From positions 1 through 64,000 of the forward strand of contig DF237190.1 of NCBI GenBank assembly GCA_000708835.1: a DNA stretch of 64,000 nucleotides, in the 5' to 3' direction. The first letter of the stretch is position 1; each line of letters starts with the position of its first letter. A program made the translations under genes and the position numbers. The notes under the pieces were generated by a model that did not search any database, was not told the DNA's origin, and saw nothing but the letters and a program-made list of their open reading frames with translations. The DNA comes from Klebsormidium nitens. Taxonomy: Eukaryota > Plantae > Klebsormidiophyceae. Positions 60,301 to 64,000 of this stretch are shown here, piece after piece.

Positions 60301-63215
60301 CCCCGGCCGGACTAGCCGGACCGACCGACCGCTAGACCGCTAACTTCAAACCACAGGGTTCATGATCTCTTAACCCTAAGTCGTCCCGCCAGGACCTACC
60401 CTAACCCACCCTAGTAACCACCAAACTTTCCCCACCAAGTCACTGGGAAGTTGACAACAAACTAAAAACCTAAGGGAAAGTGACGACACCCTAACCCTAA
60501 GTCGTCCCGCCATGGCTCACCCCGACCCCCACCCTAACCCCCCACTAACCCCACCATAGTCACAGTCCGGCGGTCGGTCAGTCTGCCGATCGTACGTTCC
60601 GTTTCCACTGCCAAACTTTATTTATGCAATTAATAAATGCTAAAATATTCCAGAAATTGATTGGATTTCCGTTGTTCCGCTGCCGACAAGGACACCGGAT
60701 TCCGACTTAAAATCTCCCCTGTGGTCAAGATTAGCGGGCCCCTAGTGTTGGAGCTAGAGTCAAAGTCGATCCTAAAAGCTTTCTTTTCGTTGCGGCCTTG
60801 TCCCGACCATGTTGCGCTTTGGAACTTTAGGGAATGGTCGAACTTCTGAAAAGGGGTTGAAGGGCCTGTGAAAAGAAATGGTCGACTCGACGCTTATGGG
60901 AAGTGGCCGTGCCTTTTTCGTCTGTCACCATGGCTCTGCATCTGCTTTGAAGAGGTTTTAGGGTTTTAGCTGAGCCGATTCCAGGGGCATCATCATTTGC
61001 AACTTGTTTGAAAGGCAGGGAAGAAAGATGTCCAAGACGGGGTTGAGAGTTGGACGACTTGAACCCGACTGAATCACCAATATGATAGCAACTCGGAGGA
61101 AAGGCAGGGAAGAAAGTGAAAGATTTCCAAGACGGAGTCGAGAGTTGGACCGTTTTGAAGCCCGACTGAAGCAGCGACGTCTCCTCGTTGACGGCAAAAA
61201 GCTTGAATGCTCGATTCTTGCTACTTGATGAGCATGCGAAAGGTGCAACCAATGGAAGACGCACATCCACCAAAAGATGCATCTAATGCAAAACCACCAA
61301 AGGACGTAACCATTGATCACTGGGACCGCATCTATATCCGAGGGAGAGCAAAGGAGGCTTTGTTGCGGATTATACCTGCGTGTAATTGAACCCTTGATCG
61401 GCCATTCTCCAATCCCCTCATGTAGATTTGACACGAATATCATGCACGTCAGAATTTTGGTCCTGGGTTACCAACCTGCGAGCCGTGCGAGTGGACGGCT
61501 CCCATCCCGCACAAGGATGACGCGGCACAACCGCGGCCGTCGATGACGTCCGACCCGCAGCTGGCTGTGCACGCGCCGCTCTGCTCCGCTGCCTGCCACT
61601 TGAGCGCCTTCCTCCGCTCGCGCTCCATCTGACGGCGCCGAGTGTGCCACGCGTTCTTGACTTCGTTGTCCGTTCTGTGAGAGGGGAAGGAGCTTGTAAA
61701 CGTGCGATTGCGGTCTTGATCTCATGAAAGGGGGGGGCGACATGTAGGTCTGTGTCTGGTGAGGGAGGGGGGGGGGAGCATGTAAACATGGAGTTGCGGT
61801 CTTTCAGTGAGGAAGGTGGGGGGGTGAGACATGTAGCATACCTAGGGGATTGCAGGTTGTCATTTGGTGAGGGGGAAAGGGAGAAGCATGTAAACAAGGG
61901 GTTGCGGTCTTGGTTAAATAAGGTAGAGCCTTTGCTGAGGGCCCTTGAGAACTCCGTAATTGTTTCTAGGGGCTTGAGATTGGGAAAGCCATGATTCTGG
62001 TGACAAAGCAATCAGATGCAATAGCATAGATCAGGTTGTTAGAAGGCAGACTACTCCAGAAGCTCAATAGAAGAGGGTTGAAGAAACAAATCAGGAAAGA
62101 ACATACCAGAATGACCAGACCCTGAGCTGAGAGCTTTTCATCGAGGTATATTTGAAGAGAAAAGTCTTGTAGAAAGGCACTATCTCTCAATGCCCCATCC
62201 AAACGACGTCAAGGAGATAAGAGCAAAATGCAAGGTCTGGACAGCCAAAAGTCACGAGAATCTAAGCTTGAAAGCTGCCATTCCAAATTCGTTGCTTCAA
62301 AGCAACAAGGCTACAGCAAGTGAGACCACCATTCGACTGCACAATCTGGTCAGCATAGCCTATCAGTTCCAGCCCAATTTAGTCGCAGACTATCGGAAAG
62401 CACCCCGCATTACTAGCATCTCACAGATCAGGCTCAAAGATCAGGCTTCCAAATGTCAAGTATGTGCAATCTTTTGAGTCCTCGCAGATTAAACAACAAT
62501 CAAATTACAATGATTTATCCTGGCAACTCTTGTGGATCTACTACCTTTTCAAGCACCCCCAGTCTTTTAAGCTCACCAGAGAATGCCTCGCGAGAGACCA
62601 GAGGAAAGGAAAACTGCAGGGCTCGATAAGCTTAGAGCTCTGTTCCCAAATGAAGTATGGGACCTGGCTAGAGCTATATGGATCTGGTCAGTCAGACAAG
62701 GTTAGAAATGGACTTGGTTACCTGTCTATGACGACATCTCTAAACTTGATAAAGTCAGCACCGTCACTCAGACGAGGCTTAAGAGGACTTGATTACCTTC
62801 CTGTGACCTTCTTATGACCTTCTCATGACCTTGCTCTAAACTCTAGTAAGTCAGCCAGTACAGCGCTCATCGCTTCTGAATTTTAATGTTAAAAGCCTGA
62901 TCAGCAGATGGTCAACAACGTTGGTCACTTGATTGGGGGTTTCTGAACGACGTCTTCTGAATATTGATCGAAAAGTCCCCATGAACAAGGGGTTTCCTGA
63001 TTCGTTGAGGGCTAGCCCCTAGTTTGCCCTGTCTTCCCTCACCTCCCCTTGAAGTGGTTAGCAATGAGCGCCCACTTGTTGCCATAACGGCCCTGGAGCT
63101 GCATCACAAGGCGCAGTTCTGCGCCAGTAAAGCGCTCCTTTTTCAGGTGGGGGCGAAGGTGGTTCATGTACCGTAGCCGGCAGCTCTTCCCCGAGCGCTG
63201 GAGCCCGTAAACCAT
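57322..63215 (-). CDS. MYB: R2R3-type MYB transcription factor (5' exon(s) unresolved or beyond the window)
   Basis: Exons 63043-63215, 61476-61674, 59838-59974, 58842-59230, 57800-58281, 57322-57438 are all phase-consistent. GLQRSGKSCRLRYMNHLRPHLKKERFT...YGNKWALIANHFKGR|TDNEVKNAWHT. Confidence 0.9.
57953..58115 (-). repeat. 54-nt coding tandem repeat (3 x 18 aa) in the MYB C-terminus
   Basis: tcgaa[t/g]gggga at 57987, 58041, 58095; encodes SRSPFDFGPPNGSVGSY / RSRSPFDLAPPIASVGPY / RSRSPFDVGPHSAPVGQY. Confidence 0.9.
60018..60736. mobile_element. Non-autonomous DNA transposon/MITE (719 bp) with 32-bp perfect terminal inverted repeats, in a MYB intron
   Basis: cgctaatcttgaccacaggggagattttaagt (60018-60049) and its exact reverse complement (60705-60736). 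The interior is non-coding with gaccg arrays and ccctaac motifs. No clear target-site duplication. Confidence 0.8.
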
Positions 63216-64000
63216 CTGGAATGGGGGAGAAAGTGGTTAGCGTTTGTATTGGGAACTGTATTAGAAGCTGCTGTTTGGATGCATTGGCACCTGAATTAGG
63301 ATGCTTGAATCCCGCATACCATCTGGACTGGGGGAAGAAAGTGAATGACTTTGGTTCCGTGTTATTGTTGTCTGATTCAGAAACTGGAAGGGTTGGGACC
63401 TGTTTCAACTGGGGTGAAGGAAGTGGTCAACTTCTCGCATATCGTCATGGTGTTCTTTTCAGGAGCTTTTAGATCAGCATCTGTTCCATATTAGGAATAT
63501 GGCTCACTCTAGGTCTCATTCTAGTCAAAATACTGAAGATCAGGACAACAGGTAAGAGTTGGTAATCTGTGCAGGCAGCTCAAAAGCTGAGCTTAGAACC
63601 TGCTCATCCGGAATCATCCCGAGTCAACTCAGATTAGCAGTCTGGTTGTTTACTGATGTGTAGCCCGTATGAGCTTCAGGCAGTTCTCTGTGCAGCCAGA
63701 GAACTTGTGTCAAGCCAAGGGGTAATTCCAGCTGGACCCTGTGACCAAGTCCTTAGCCCCAAAGGCAACTGGAATAGCTTCGTGTTTCTGAGAACAGGGG
63801 AAGAGAATCCCAAAGGTGCTACTCCTGCACAACGGGTATCAAAGCCATTGCCATCTGGTGTCCTGTACAGAGCACAACATGTAAGGGCGCACTTAGCTGA
63901 CAAGGCAATTGGGCCATGCAATGTATTGTTGCTGCCAGACACGCAATGCACCACCTTGCAGGGCTGGAAAATCTGGCCCTTGACGGCCTTTCTCTTTGAT

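Noticed and set aside
60827-61443. Minus-strand ORFs of 151 and 161 aa as possible MYB exons
   Set aside because: The phase-0 acceptor at about 61376 gives an immediate stop. The MYB model closes correctly without them via exon 59838-59974.
63930-64000. Possible upstream MYB exon (IKEKG... or ...QPCK|gt)
   Set aside because: Frame and donor cannot be resolved at the window edge, and no MYB R2 Trp motif is visible.

Overview
Eukaryotic, intron-rich nuclear DNA (GT-AG introns; gene content suggests a green or streptophyte alga, Klebsormidium-like, which is my inference). I assembled these gene models by hand from splice sites and phase: a secreted Cys-rich/Pro-rich/DUF3455-like protein (+), CDK5RAP3/C53 (-), an orphan multi-exon gene (+), homocysteine S-methyltransferase (-), a BCS1-like AAA ATPase (-), a protein with four Cys4 zinc-finger-like units (+), METTL13 (-), a coiled-coil protein with a SUZ-C-like motif (+), and an R2R3-MYB (-, 5' end uncertain or outside the window). 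The main accessory feature is a 7.9-kb full-length tyrosine-recombinase (DIRS-order) retrotransposon at 48293-56184. It has split direct repeats (A...BA...B), a shared AG junction, gag-like ORFs, an RT-RNaseH-adenine-methylase pol with a lesion in RT, and an intact recombinase on the opposite strand (kangaroo/PAT-like). It may switch between Gag and Gag-Pol by splicing. A second recurrent pattern appears in five host genes: the sequence spanning or abutting a splice junction is tandemly reiterated as degenerate copies in the adjacent intron. Also present are a 719-bp element with terminal inverted repeats in a MYB intron and a dispersed telomere-like motif family. No tRNA, rRNA or CRISPR features were found.
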